From assembly GCA_963706325.1 (NCBI GenBank), contig CAVPLT010000007.1, forward strand, positions 192,001 to 256,000: a stretch of 64,000 nucleotides of DNA. The letters run 5' to 3'. This DNA is from an uncultured Nitrospiraceae bacterium. Lineage in GTDB: Bacteria > Nitrospirota > Nitrospiria > Nitrospirales > Nitrospiraceae. Of this stretch, positions 20,481 through 30,278 are shown in pieces. Made by a program: the position numbers and the translations under genes. The notes beneath the pieces were generated by a model that did no database searches, was not told the DNA's origin, and worked only from the letters and a program-made list of their open reading frames with translations. Numbering within the stretch: the first letter of the stretch is position 1; every line of letters begins with the position of its first letter.

Positions 20481-21197
20481 TTACTTCATCAACTTGTCCG
20501 CCGCGTTGCGCAGATCGGTGGATTGCGGATTGCTGACGCTATGTTTGAGGATGATGTCCGTGGGCCTCACCGACTTTCCATAGTAGGCATGCTGAGAGTC
20601 GTCCGATACGGCAATCATGGAGCCGTCCAGTGACATTCCGGCAAACGCCCCCTTTGATCTGGCGTAGCCGACGAGGTCCGCGGTGATTCCTTTTGCTGAG
20701 CCGCCTTCGCCAACCGGTCCCACCGCCATGCTTACGTCACCGCCGAGTTTGAAATCGGTGCGATAAAACTTTTCCAAGCCTTTCTGATTTCTAACCACGA
20801 AGATCATCTCCGACACGTCGGCTCCGATTTGCAGGCCGAAAGTGGCGGAACCAATGGTATAAAACACTGGTTCAGACCATTTCTTGGACGCTTGGTCGCG
20901 CACGATCAGCACGCCGCTGCCGCCGGCGCCACCGAATACGAATGCACCCCGCAAGAACTGCGGCACGATGAACAGGGCTTTGGTCTCGCCCTTCAACTCG
21001 CGTATCACGCTACGAAGCCCCGGATCCGCGGCAAACGCGTCCAACGTCAGCTTCGCTTTCTCTACGAGTTGCTGCTGTTCCGAATCGGCCGCCCGGGTGG
21101 CCGTAGGGCCAACCACGACCATCGCACTGAGCAGCGCTGCGGCCATGAGTGCCCGCCGTGAATTGGCAACAAAAGGTTCTGACAAGATAGAAATCAT
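20481..21197 (-). CDS. Lipid-binding SYLF (Ysc84) domain protein, close paralog of 11379-12098
   Basis: Near-identical blocks, e.g. IVPQFLRGA.VFGGAGGSGVLIVRD, KKWSEPVFYTIGSA and LRNAADKLMK. Confidence 0.92.
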   Translation of the reverse strand: MISILSEPFVANSRRALMAAALLSAMVVVGPTATRAADSEQQQLVEKAKLTLDAFAADPGLRSVIRELKGETKALFIVPQFLRGAFVFGGAGGSGVLIVRDQASKKWSEPVFYTIGSATFGLQIGADVSEMIFVVRNQKGLEKFYRTDFKLGGDVSMAVGPVGEGGSAKGITADLVGYARSKGAFAGMSLDGSMIAVSDDSQHAYYGKSVRPTDIILKHSVSNPQSTDLRNAADKLMK

Positions 21198-21280
21198 GAG
21201 GTTCCTCCCTGGAATTAGATGCATGGTGCATGTGCAGAAAGCATCGACGGCAGTATCACCGTTAGTTCATTCAAAATGAA

Positions 21281-21296
21281 CTGTCAAAAGTAACAG
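21281..21296 (-). promoter_or_regulatory. lux-box-like palindrome (1 mismatch) upstream of the SYLF gene
   Basis: CTGTCAAAAGTAACAG; minus-strand GATACT at 21257-21252, 31.5 bp from the centre. Confidence 0.65.
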
Positions 21297-21660
21297 TGAG
21301 TCTATTGTGGGTCGACACCGAATGTTACCGATACGAGGGACGCAACGAGTGTCGTCGAGGATCACGACGTTGGCGATGTTAAGAGTCCGACAGGCAATAT
21401 GCAATCTAAAATCTTCCTGCAGGCGATCCTTGACACTCTGAAGACTCCTGTGCGGCCTCCTGCGAGCGCTCGCTTCGTGATCAGACCCGGCGCGGACGGA
21501 GTTGATAAAGTAACATGTGTGAGGCTATTGGCCGCAGTGATCGGCATATTTGTTCGCCCATTAACAGTTTGCCTGTCCCGGGATCTCGCTCCACGCTTCT
21601 CGTCTATGCCAATGTCACATCACTTCCAGCTCCCGAGACGAGAGAGAGGCCGAGGTGGAC

Positions 21661-21676
21661 CTGTCAGTTTTGAAAG
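21661..21676. promoter_or_regulatory. lux-box-like palindrome (1 mismatch) next to a glycine-zipper remnant
   Basis: CTGTCAGTTTTGAAAG; no clear -10 element at the usual spacing. Confidence 0.45.
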
Positions 21677-21686
21677 TGTTTTCGTT

Positions 21687-21886
21687 TTGGGTGTGATCGG
21701 CGGTGCCACTGACGGCAATGCCGGGGAAGGCGCGGCCATCCGCGCTGGAATGATGAGACGAGGATAACCACGACGGCAAGCCGAAGCCGCTGAGCGGCAA
21801 GGCGAGCAGAAGTACGAAGTCAGCCTTAACGGATAAGCGGGCCGTTTCTGGCCTGTATGACCAATCATGGGTACAACGTCAGTTAA
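21687..21886 (+). pseudogene. C-terminal remnant of a glycine-zipper gene (paralog of 12304-12780)
   Basis: LGVIGGATDGNAGEGAAI...MRRG*PRRQAEAAERQGEQKYEVSLNG*, then CMTNHGYNVS* after frameshifts; aligns with the 12304 protein C-terminus. Confidence 0.75.
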
Positions 21887-22305
21887 ATTCGGAGAGAGGA
21901 ATCGCAACGAACAGACCGTGAAGGGGGACATCATGAACGTCGAACGGGAATGGGCCTATGATTGCGAGTCGCATATCGGCAGTTGGGCAAAGCTCGATGA
22001 AGGCAATGTAACAGGCCGGACGTCGTGGATATGAACAATGACCGTGAGAAGGTGTTTCCGTTTGAGAAATAGGGAAAGGGAGACGGTTCGTGGACAAAAG
22101 TGATGGGAAGCTGTATGCACAAATGAAAATGATGCGATAACACAGGCTCACGTTTCTAGATGAGATAACCCAATGAGCGTGACAGGGGGAGCACACGCAT
22201 CTTCTGAATGCCGTGGACCGTGATTTTTGTAGTGACTACGAGATGTCGACGCATGCATCTTGGCCCACCGAGCTGGTTGAGCCGCCAGAATCCTGCGAAC
22301 AAGCT

Positions 22306-23769
22306 CTACCTGAATTGTTCGCCGGCCGCCTTTCGCATCTCCAGCGTGCCCAGTTGCAGCCGGTAGGCGATGTAGTACTTGTAAATATTCCGCACATATT
22401 GGACCGTTTCCTGACCGATACGCCGTGCCGCCACAAGTTCGACATTGTTAAACCACACGTTAGGATCAAGTCCCCGGAGTTGCGCTTCCCGTCGCAGCTT
22501 GGCGATCCGGCCGGGACCGGCATTGTAGCTGGCGAACGCGAACAGCGTGCGGTTCTGTTCATCGAAATCCGCGTCGCGGAAGTAATCGTCGATCAGGTGA
22601 CGCATGTACTTGACCCCGCCGTGCACATTCGGTTCCGCCAGGCTGATGTCGCCCACCGCGAGTTCACTGCCGGTTGCCGGCATGATTTGCATGATGCCGA
22701 TGGCTCCGACGGGACTACGAGCGCTCTGGTCGAGCCGAGACTCCTGGTAGCCCTGGGCCGCGACCATGAGGTAATCGAAGCCGTACCGGTCGCCATACTT
22801 TTTAAACAGGGCGATAGTTTTCTCGAACTTCTTCCATTCATCGCTAACGGTGACGTTCTTCATCTGCTTGAACCGGCGGTGATAGGCAGCAAGACGCTGA
22901 ACCACAGTTTTGTTTCCGCGCGCGGAGGCAAGGAATTCATTCACCACCTGCGCAAGCTTTGGCGTGCCCTCCCGCATGGCCCACCCCACCTTGATGCCGG
23001 TGCGCACGGCAATTATCCGATGCACCTTCATCTTGTGGAGGACCTGTGCCCACAGGTCGGCTTTCCACTGGTCCACGACCATGATCCGAATAAGTCCGGC
23101 GTTCAGCATCTCCATCATGTCCTCGTCCTCGAGTGCGTCGGGCACGAGGCTGATGACCATGACCGGCTTTCCTTCACCGTTGAACCGCTCATTGAGAGCG
23201 ACCAGACTCTCATAGTAGCTGCTCGATCGGCGAACATGAACCTCTTGACCGGCGAGATCGCCCAGACTCTCCAGGCGCGGAGATGCAGGCCCTGTCGCCA
23301 CCACTTCTGAAAGGCGCTCCGCGATGGGCATTGAGAAGTTGACCTGGCCCCGCCGATCATCGGTGATGGTAAGATTACCCGCGACAAGGTCGCCATAGCC
23401 GGCGAGAAGTCTGGGAAACAGCTGGTCACGTGTAAGGGGAATAGCGAGGACCGTGATAGGGCGGTTGCCGGTCTTGTACTTTTCGTTCAGCCACCGCTCG
23501 AACTCGCGGAGAATGTCGGCGGTGAGTCCACGCTGGGTACCCCCATCATTGAAGAACAGGGTTCGGCTATAGGGCACCAACACGCGCACAATACGGCGCT
23601 CGAGCATGCGATCGAAGTCACCCAGCAAGGATTGGCCCTGAAGATCCAGCGCGGTGGCTTTTGACTGTGACATAGGTTGGCTGGCCATCGCCGGCCATGC
23701 GATCGTACCCAGCATCAGCGAACTCAACCCCGCCACAATCAGATGTGAGATGTAGGTTCTGGTTTTCAT
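22306..23769 (-). CDS. mltF: Membrane-bound lytic murein transglycosylase F-like (SBP + SLT domains)
   Basis: SBP_bac_3-like N-half; SLT motifs QESRL...GAIGIMQIMP and ASYNAGPGR, ETVQYV. Confidence 0.88.
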   Translation of the reverse strand: MKTRTYISHLIVAGLSSLMLGTIAWPAMASQPMSQSKATALDLQGQSLLGDFDRMLERRIVRVLVPYSRTLFFNDGGTQRGLTADILREFERWLNEKYKTGNRPITVLAIPLTRDQLFPRLLAGYGDLVAGNLTITDDRRGQVNFSMPIAERLSEVVATGPASPRLESLGDLAGQEVHVRRSSSYYESLVALNERFNGEGKPVMVISLVPDALEDEDMMEMLNAGLIRIMVVDQWKADLWAQVLHKMKVHRIIAVRTGIKVGWAMREGTPKLAQVVNEFLASARGNKTVVQRLAAYHRRFKQMKNVTVSDEWKKFEKTIALFKKYGDRYGFDYLMVAAQGYQESRLDQSARSPVGAIGIMQIMPATGSELAVGDISLAEPNVHGGVKYMRHLIDDYFRDADFDEQNRTLFAFASYNAGPGRIAKLRREAQLRGLDPNVWFNNVELVAARRIGQETVQYVRNIYKYYIAYRLQLGTLEMRKAAGEQFR

Positions 23770-24116
23770 CTTGATAGTTCCTTTCCCGCTGTCCCGCATC
23801 ATCCTCCTTACATGCGGCAGGTAACCCAACGGGTTCCGGGGATCCGCTAGAACAGGTGGAGAATTCCAGAGAGATAACCAACTCCAAGCGAGGGGAAACT
23901 CATACCCGTCAAGCGCGGTTGATCACGTGGAGTTGGAAGAGCCGGCAGGGAGCATCGCGTCGTCGTCATCGCCTAACCCGGACAAAAGTCGCGCTAGAGT
24001 GAAACGGAGGGGGTGAGTCAGGGGCACCGGGCTTGATGGCCTCGCACGATTTTGATGGATCTAGGAACCAGCAAGCGTGCCATGACTTTCGCCGAGATGG
24101 CTTCACGACAGTCAGA

Positions 24117-24716
24117 TTACCTCATATCGAGCTTAATAAACTTAGAGCCCTCGAGCGTGAGGTTGTACATGAGGCCCTTTTGACCGAATACGAATCCGAC
24201 AATCGGATCGTTGATTTTGGTGGTATCGATCGAGCCTCCGGCGCCGGCCGTGACCAGCGCGACCGACCCGTCAACTCCGGCTTTCCAGCCCTCGCTCCTC
24301 CGAAATGCCTTGAGGCTTTCTTCCTGCATGAAAACCAGCACCACCGTTTTTTCCTGAGCGCCGAACTGAAATCCAAACGATGCTGAGGCCATACTGTAAT
24401 AGTCGACAGATTTCCCCTCGATGCGCAGTGCCCCCTCGCCGTACTCGCCGCCGAAACCGAACCCTGCCTTCAGAACATGCGGAAGTATAAGCATCCCTTT
24501 GCCGCTTGCCAGAAATTCTTTTCCGCCGGGGACTTCCTGTTGCAACTGCTCCAAGGCTACATCGACGCTCACGTCGATCTCTTTGGCGGTTTTGGCCTGA
24601 CAGATCTGGGCGACCGACAATGTCAGAAGCAACGCCATCCCGACAGGCCACAGCCCCGCGGCGGATGGCCAAGACTTCTGACGACTCCATCCGATCTTTT
24701 TTCTCACATCACTCAT
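24117..24716 (-). CDS. Ysc84/SYLF domain protein, paralog of 2337-2918
   Basis: AKEIDVSVD, KAGFGFGGEYGEGAL, GWKAGVDGS, QKGLMYNLTLEGSKF. Confidence 0.9.
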   Translation of the reverse strand: MSDVRKKIGWSRQKSWPSAAGLWPVGMALLLTLSVAQICQAKTAKEIDVSVDVALEQLQQEVPGGKEFLASGKGMLILPHVLKAGFGFGGEYGEGALRIEGKSVDYYSMASASFGFQFGAQEKTVVLVFMQEESLKAFRRSEGWKAGVDGSVALVTAGAGGSIDTTKINDPIVGFVFGQKGLMYNLTLEGSKFIKLDMR

Positions 24717-25265
24717 CGAATCACCTCGGCTCCAGACTGACCGGTTTGCTTCACCTTGGTCGAATAAAAGATTTTGCCCGTTGCAGGATCGTTTGTCTGG
24801 TAGTAGTTGCTACAGCCAGCGGCCAGGAGTGCTAAGCCGAGTCCGCACCTCGTCATCGCCGTCATGTAGATAGTTGCGCATAATATTCTCTTTCATTTCA
24901 TTGAGGTTGTGCTGTCTTCGATCCGTCGAGTGCAGACCTACCGGATTTGGCGCTTAATATACAAGGGGAAAAATTGCGCAGCAAGCTGCGCCCTCGCCTC
25001 GACTCGAATTTGTTTTAGAGCCGGAGGTAGCGCGATCTGCGTTGCGGTCAGCATCCCGCCGATCGTCTTAATCGGATGACCGCTTCAGGGTCACCGCCGC
25101 CTCTAGCGATCGCCTCGTCGAGAATGTCACATCGACGGATGATTTTCTTGCAGCGATGGAAGGGGTCTTTATGGTACATGAAGGCGGCTTTAGAGAACCT
25201 ACAGCTTGAAAGGGGTGGCTATGATGCGGTGTGAAGGTCTCAGCTGGTTGATGCGCAGAGAACAC

Positions 25266-26339
25266 ATGTGCTCTCTTGCAAGAGTCTCCAGCTGGTCGGT
25301 TGCCTTGGTCCTGGTGGTTGGCCTGCTCCTTGTTGTACCTTCCCTAACAGCGGCACAAGACGTACAGCCCGCGGTACCGATGGAAGGGCCAAAAGCGGTC
25401 GAACCGCAGGCAGATACCCCAAAACCAGAGCCTCAGGTAGAAGGCCCAAAGGCCCAGCCGCAGGCAGAACCTTCACAGACTCCGACTCAAGCAGAAACCA
25501 CCAAGGTGGAGGTCCAGGCAGAGGGAAAAAAGCCCGAAACGCGGGCCATCAACCCCAAAACCGGCGAACCGTTTCCCGAAAAGTTCATGATCCGAGGCGG
25601 ATACAATTATATCTTCAACGCGGATACGAAATTCAGCATTAATGGCCCCAGGAATATTGGAGCGACGGTTAATTACGCCGATCAGTTGGGCGGCCAGCGC
25701 GAAGATAGCTTGTACAAGATCGATTCGCTTTACCGCTTCAATCCCCGGCACAGCATCGGCTTCAGCTTCTACGACGTGAGGCGAAAAGGGAATCGCGCCC
25801 TGGATCGGGACGTCACGATCGATGACGTCACCTATGCCGCAGGCGGCAACATCCAGAGCGAGCTGAATTTCAAGATGTATCGATTTCTGTACAACTACTC
25901 GTTTCACCATGATGAGAAGGTCGAGTTGGGGCTTTCCGGCGGCATCTATCTCGCCGACATTCAAGCGAAATTCAATTCGAGCCTGACCTGCACCGGCGGA
26001 GCGACGTGCGGAGCAGGGACGACATTTACTCCCAATGGCACGTCTAGCAGCTTCACCATTCCACTTCCGACGATCGGGCTGTTCTTCAATTACAACATCA
26101 CTCCCCGGCTCCAGAGCCAAGTCCGCTTTGATTGGTTTTACATAGAGACGGCGCAATTCAAGGGCGCGATGACGGAAGCCTACCTCGGCTTGGAATACCG
26201 GCTGTTCAAGAATTTCGGGCTCGGTGCAGCGTTTGACCGTCTCAGCGTCCAGACGGACATCGATAGGAAAAAAGGCGGAGGATACAGCTTCGACAACGAT
26301 TGGAACACCGTATTTCTTTACGGCTCATTGTACTTTTGA
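25266..26339 (+). CDS. Outer-membrane beta-barrel protein with a P/Q/E-rich N-terminal linker
   Basis: Signal peptide, amphipathic strands, C-terminal YGSLYF. Confidence 0.8.
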   Translation: MCSLARVSSWSVALVLVVGLLLVVPSLTAAQDVQPAVPMEGPKAVEPQADTPKPEPQVEGPKAQPQAEPSQTPTQAETTKVEVQAEGKKPETRAINPKTGEPFPEKFMIRGGYNYIFNADTKFSINGPRNIGATVNYADQLGGQREDSLYKIDSLYRFNPRHSIGFSFYDVRRKGNRALDRDVTIDDVTYAAGGNIQSELNFKMYRFLYNYSFHHDEKVELGLSGGIYLADIQAKFNSSLTCTGGATCGAGTTFTPNGTSSSFTIPLPTIGLFFNYNITPRLQSQVRFDWFYIETAQFKGAMTEAYLGLEYRLFKNFGLGAAFDRLSVQTDIDRKKGGGYSFDNDWNTVFLYGSLYF

Positions 26340-26443
26340 CCTGGCGAGCGGGCTCCCCTGTGGGACCGTCTCCAGGCATGCGAGTTTGGCGAGATCCTTG
26401 TAAGTGACCTCTGAAGGAGTTGGGACCGTAGGCGAAAGGATTT

Positions 26444-27544
26444 TTGAGGAAGGCTCAGAATGTGCCATCTCTGCTCAGCGTTTCTTGGCGCGGGCCGGGT
26501 CGCTCGCCGAGATCGAACAGCAAACAGTCTCCGCAGCTTGGTCCGTGCGTAGTCAAGCGGTCACGAGCCGGACCGACATTAGCATTGGCCTGGCTTCTGG
26601 GTGCAGTGATGCTCTCGCCGGCTTTTACGCTCTTGGCCATCGGACAGGAGGTGCAACCTGAAACATCTGTGGATGACGGGCAGTCTGAGGATGACCAGCC
26701 ACCTAAGGATGAACCAGCAGAGGTAGACGAGTCCACTTCTGGTGTTGATGACTCGGCTCCCAGGCGTCGGTTTCTAAAAAGACTTGGTCCACAGCCGGTG
26801 ACTCCGGAACAGCGGGAGGAAGCCGAGCGCATCAGAAAATTAGCGGCCAAGTATGGAACGGATCCGACGGCGATCGTAAGCCGGATGCAGCTCTCTTCCC
26901 AACATGCCGATTTGGTTCGTGGTGCGCAGGCCACGGATACCGTGGCTCGAGTAGACCTCGCGCTCAAAGGGAATTTTTTGCTCCGTGTCGATACGCCGTT
27001 CCGCCGAACGCTCGATCTCAATCGTCCCGGCGCATCCAGTCCCCAAGGACTGGGCGACCTTTCCGCCCTCATTGGCTGGCGGGTCTATAACACACCTGAA
27101 TATGCCGTCCTCATCGGTGCTGCCTCCACGTTTCCAACCGCCGAGGAGCGCGGCTTGGGATTCGGAAAGTACACCACTGGCCCCTTCGTGGCCACGGCAC
27201 GGTTTCTCCCTCGATGGGACTCCTTTCTCTTCGGAGTATTTCAGCACCTCACCTCGGTCGGCGGCGACCCCGCTCGCCCGGCCGTTGCGCTCACACGCGC
27301 CGTCGGGCAGGTGAATACGATCTGGGCCGAGCGATGGTGGACCATCGTACAGGCGGTCTGGCAAGTTGATTGGGAACGAAGCGGAAAAAGCAGCATGGCG
27401 CTCGAATTCGAGGTAGGGCGAAGTCTGGTGGGACGATTCGGTGTGTTCGTGCGTCCGGGTGTCGGGATCTGGGGACGCGATATGATCGGCGCCTACGACT
27501 GGAACATCGAGGGAGGCGTTCGCTACATGTTCCCGAGTTTTTGA
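26444..27544 (+). CDS. Hypothetical outer-membrane/transporter-like beta-barrel protein (start uncertain)
   Basis: GTDPTA, GLGDL and FPTA...LG.GKY..GP motifs resembling MetA-pathway/transporter barrels; ends GVRYMFPSF. Confidence 0.7.
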   Translation: MRKAQNVPSLLSVSWRGPGRSPRSNSKQSPQLGPCVVKRSRAGPTLALAWLLGAVMLSPAFTLLAIGQEVQPETSVDDGQSEDDQPPKDEPAEVDESTSGVDDSAPRRRFLKRLGPQPVTPEQREEAERIRKLAAKYGTDPTAIVSRMQLSSQHADLVRGAQATDTVARVDLALKGNFLLRVDTPFRRTLDLNRPGASSPQGLGDLSALIGWRVYNTPEYAVLIGAASTFPTAEERGLGFGKYTTGPFVATARFLPRWDSFLFGVFQHLTSVGGDPARPAVALTRAVGQVNTIWAERWWTIVQAVWQVDWERSGKSSMALEFEVGRSLVGRFGVFVRPGVGIWGRDMIGAYDWNIEGGVRYMFPSF

Positions 27545-27607
27545 GGTGTCGGAGCCACACACACATCGTAAGTGAACATAGCGGCGAGTGTTCCGAAGAT
27601 GTTGCCG

Positions 27608-28060
27608 CTACTTCTGCCTAGCATGAGGTCCCATGCCGGAGGCCTGTAGGCTACTGTGATGGCTAGCGTCGTTCGTGATGTCTTCGATTACTTGAGGCAA
27701 GCTGGAGGCGCGGTGCTTCGGAACGAATGCCGACGCCCCTGCCGCCCGCATCGCATTATGTATCATGCGGTCATCCATGGCGGACAAACCAATCACGGAG
27801 ACCTGTGGAAGCCTGGCTTTGATGCGTCGAGTGGCTTCAATCCCGTTCAGCCCAGGCATCTGCACATCCATAACAATAATATCGGGACAGAGAGCGATGG
27901 CCATCTCAACGGCGGAGAGCCCATCGACGGCCTCTCCGACAAGGTGGAAGGACGGAAATGTCTTGAGCATCCGCTGTACGATCCTCCGGAAGAGATCGGA
28001 ATCGTCCACGAGTAAAATGCGCACCGGTGGCACCGTTTCTAGCAAGACCTCGGCTTCCAT
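27608..28060 (-). CDS. Single-domain response regulator (receiver only, NarL-type REC)
   Basis: ILLVDD, PDIIVMDVQMPGLNGIEATR, GASAFVPK; no HTH. AAAGGA RBS before the ATG at 28060. Confidence 0.88.
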   Translation of the reverse strand: MEAEVLLETVPPVRILLVDDSDLFRRIVQRMLKTFPSFHLVGEAVDGLSAVEMAIALCPDIIVMDVQMPGLNGIEATRRIKARLPQVSVIGLSAMDDRMIHNAMRAAGASAFVPKHRASSLPQVIEDITNDASHHSSLQASGMGPHARQK

Positions 28061-28338
28061 GGTTGTATCCTTTCGTTCAAGGTTGTATTGGTACGTAAGA
28101 GTCAAGGCCGGGTCTGGCGAGAACATTGACCCAGACCACACCAAATCGCATTGGAGGCAGCCCATGCCGCCGAACTCCTCACATCCGAACTTATGGTCGA
28201 CCACGAAGAATAAGAATAAGTTGTCGTATCGAACCGGTCTTCCAGGAAGAGATCACCGGGCATCAACGACCTCCATAAATTTGTGCACCTGGAGTCGCCG
28301 GACCCCACGCGACACCTTATCGGAGACAATTGGAAAGT

Positions 28339-28367
28339 GACATCTGGCAAAAGAGGAGGTATCCTCT
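28339..28367. repeat. 29-bp regulatory-like direct repeat, copy 1
   Basis: GACATCTGGCAAAAGAGGAGGTATCCTCT; 27/29 identical to 29800-29828; contains the palindrome AGAGGA-N4-TCCTCT. Confidence 0.8.
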
Positions 28368-28390
28368 AGCGGCATAAAAGGAGGCAAGGG

Positions 28391-29221
28391 ATGGACTCCA
28401 GAGCTTTCTCACCGGGCTCGACCGCCACGCGACGTCGTCAGCTGAGCTCCCGGTCGAAGGAGGGTCGAACGGGAGTTGCGCACTCCTCTCAAGACACCGC
28501 CTCTCTCCGTGAGCTGAAAACCCTTGCGTCTCGATGTGGCACTCCGAAACAGTTTCGTGATCTCCTCTCTTCGCTGAAGAACCTCCTCCCTTACCGAAAT
28601 CTCATCTGCGGATGGGGATACCCTTCGAGTGCAACCATCGGGTTTATCTTCAATCACAGTTATCCCACCGAGCTTGTGCGCTGGTTTTTCGCAAATGGCA
28701 TGCTGTGGAGGAGTCCGGTCTTCAAGGAATGGCTCCGGACGAATAAGACTCAAGTCTGGCTCGATGTCGCAAAGCGCCTGAGAAAAGACTTCGACCCTGA
28801 ACTCCTCCTGCGGCTCCAACAGCAGAAGCTGGAGTATGCCTTCTCTGGCGGCATACTCAATGAGGACCTTTGGGTCCATTTCTCCATCAACATGGAGTCG
28901 GAAGAGAGCTGCCGCGCCCACTTGAGGCGATTTGAGACCATCGTACCGGTACTGGCAGAAGCGCTCATGCGGGCTTGCCCTCGGCCGCTGCTCACGGATC
29001 GCGAAAGAGCCATTTTAGAGCGCCGCGCGATGGGGGAGCTCATCAAGCAGATTGCTTCCGCACAGGGTATCAGCGAGCGTACCGTGCGGATGCACCTGCA
29101 GCGCATCAAAAAGAAGCTCTACACCGATGACCTCGTGAATGCCGTTGTGATCGCGGTTAGAAGCGGAATGCTTGCACCATTATGGAAGGAGTGGCGCTGG
29201 CGAAGCCGTCACCGACGTTAG
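28391..29221 (+). CDS. LuxR-family transcriptional regulator with an autoinducer-binding-like N-domain (LuxR solo)
   Basis: C-terminal LTDRERAIL...GELIKQIA...ISERTVRMHLQRIKKKL HTH; N-domain SYPTELVRWF...SPV...QVW; AGGAGG RBS. Confidence 0.88.
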   Translation: MDSRAFSPGSTATRRRQLSSRSKEGRTGVAHSSQDTASLRELKTLASRCGTPKQFRDLLSSLKNLLPYRNLICGWGYPSSATIGFIFNHSYPTELVRWFFANGMLWRSPVFKEWLRTNKTQVWLDVAKRLRKDFDPELLLRLQQQKLEYAFSGGILNEDLWVHFSINMESEESCRAHLRRFETIVPVLAEALMRACPRPLLTDRERAILERRAMGELIKQIASAQGISERTVRMHLQRIKKKLYTDDLVNAVVIAVRSGMLAPLWKEWRWRSRHRR

Positions 29222-29342
29222 GAGCCGGGCGAAACCTTTGCCATCGAGGGCAGATAAGGGCTGCCGCCGATGCCCAAAAGGAGACGTTCATGCATCGGAT
29301 GCGTACCTCATTGTCGAGCCCCTCCATGATGCGAAGGGGAAG

Positions 29343-29723
29343 CTACGGTGTCTCCTCTCTCGCCTGGAAATGTCGAAGGCATTTCTCCCGTAAGAGATCG
29401 GTATCCGCAGGCATCGAAATATAGTCCCGTGCGCCTTTTCGAATAGTTTCTTCCAAGCGCTCGTGGGTTGAAAAGGAAGACAATACAATGACAGGGGTCT
29501 CGACACGCAGCTTCTGAAGGCTATCCAGCACGGCCATTCCGTTATGGTTCTGCATGTCAAAATTCAAAATGACGCCGTCGAATTTGGATGTCTTCGCCCA
29601 TTGATTTCCTAGGATTGTGACAGCATGTACCCAGACAACGTTGAACCCTATCGTATTCAGCCGAGTGCGCAGCACTCCCTGCTCCTCGAAATCATCACCG
29701 ATCATCAGAATGAGACCGCGCAT
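29343..29723 (-). CDS. Degenerate single-domain response regulator receiver
   Basis: ILMIGDD, DGVILNFDMQNHNG (phospho-Asp position is Asn), KGARDYISMP (conserved Lys is Met); AGGAGG RBS. Confidence 0.75.
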   Translation of the reverse strand: MRGLILMIGDDFEEQGVLRTRLNTIGFNVVWVHAVTILGNQWAKTSKFDGVILNFDMQNHNGMAVLDSLQKLRVETPVIVLSSFSTHERLEETIRKGARDYISMPADTDLLREKCLRHFQAREETP

Positions 29724-29799
29724 TGCCGCTCCTCCTAGACGAAGTTCTAGGGCATCCGTTCGGCCCTGGATGACACCCTATAGGAGAAGAAACGCAAAG

Positions 29800-29828
29800 G
29801 ACATCTGTCAAAACAGGAGGTATCCTCT
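29800..29828. repeat. 29-bp regulatory-like direct repeat, copy 2
   Basis: GACATCTGTCAAAACAGGAGGTATCCTCT. Confidence 0.8.
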
Positions 29829-30095
29829 CCGGTGCGTCTCGCCTGTCTCCTCCCAGATCTCTTCTGCGGATAGGGTATCCCGGAATGATCAAGGCTCGGG
29901 GTTTCACTGCAGGTTGCCCAGAAGGTGCAAGGGGCTTAGCGGTAAATTATATCGAGGTCGTCGCTGAATCTTCCGGCGGTATTCTTTGTCGGATCTCTGC
30001 ACGGATTCTCTGTCTTCGCCTCTAAATGTGGCGATCAATTGTGACGCAATCTTGCAGGTGGTTGCAGTGTCTTGACTGCGTCGATCTGTCCCAAC

Positions 30096-30111
30096 CTGTC
30101 AATTCTGACAG
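30096..30111 (+). promoter_or_regulatory. lux-box-like palindrome (perfect) upstream of the 30279-34461 gene run
   Basis: acCTGTCAATTCTGACAGta; TATTCT at 30135, 31.5 bp from the centre. Confidence 0.75.
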
Positions 30112-30278
30112 TATACGAAAATTGTCGTTCACAATATTCTTCAGTCTGCGCCGTTCAGTCGAAAATCAAGACGGCAATTCATACGCGTGAGGCATAGGAG
30201 ACTCGCCATGTTGCCTGTTTGCCTGCTGTGATGCGGTAGAGACATGGTGTTGACATGGGTACAGTAGAAGGAGTGTGT

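Noticed and set aside
22213..23310. 365-aa plus-strand ORF (and similar long antisense ORFs at 16531-17421, 53625-54569 and 42784-43527)
   Set aside because: Each lies opposite a well-supported gene and has no motifs; typical GC-rich shadow ORFs.
24938..24953. las-box-like CTACCGGATTTGGCGC
   Set aside because: Too divergent from the local consensus and lacks the terminal AG.
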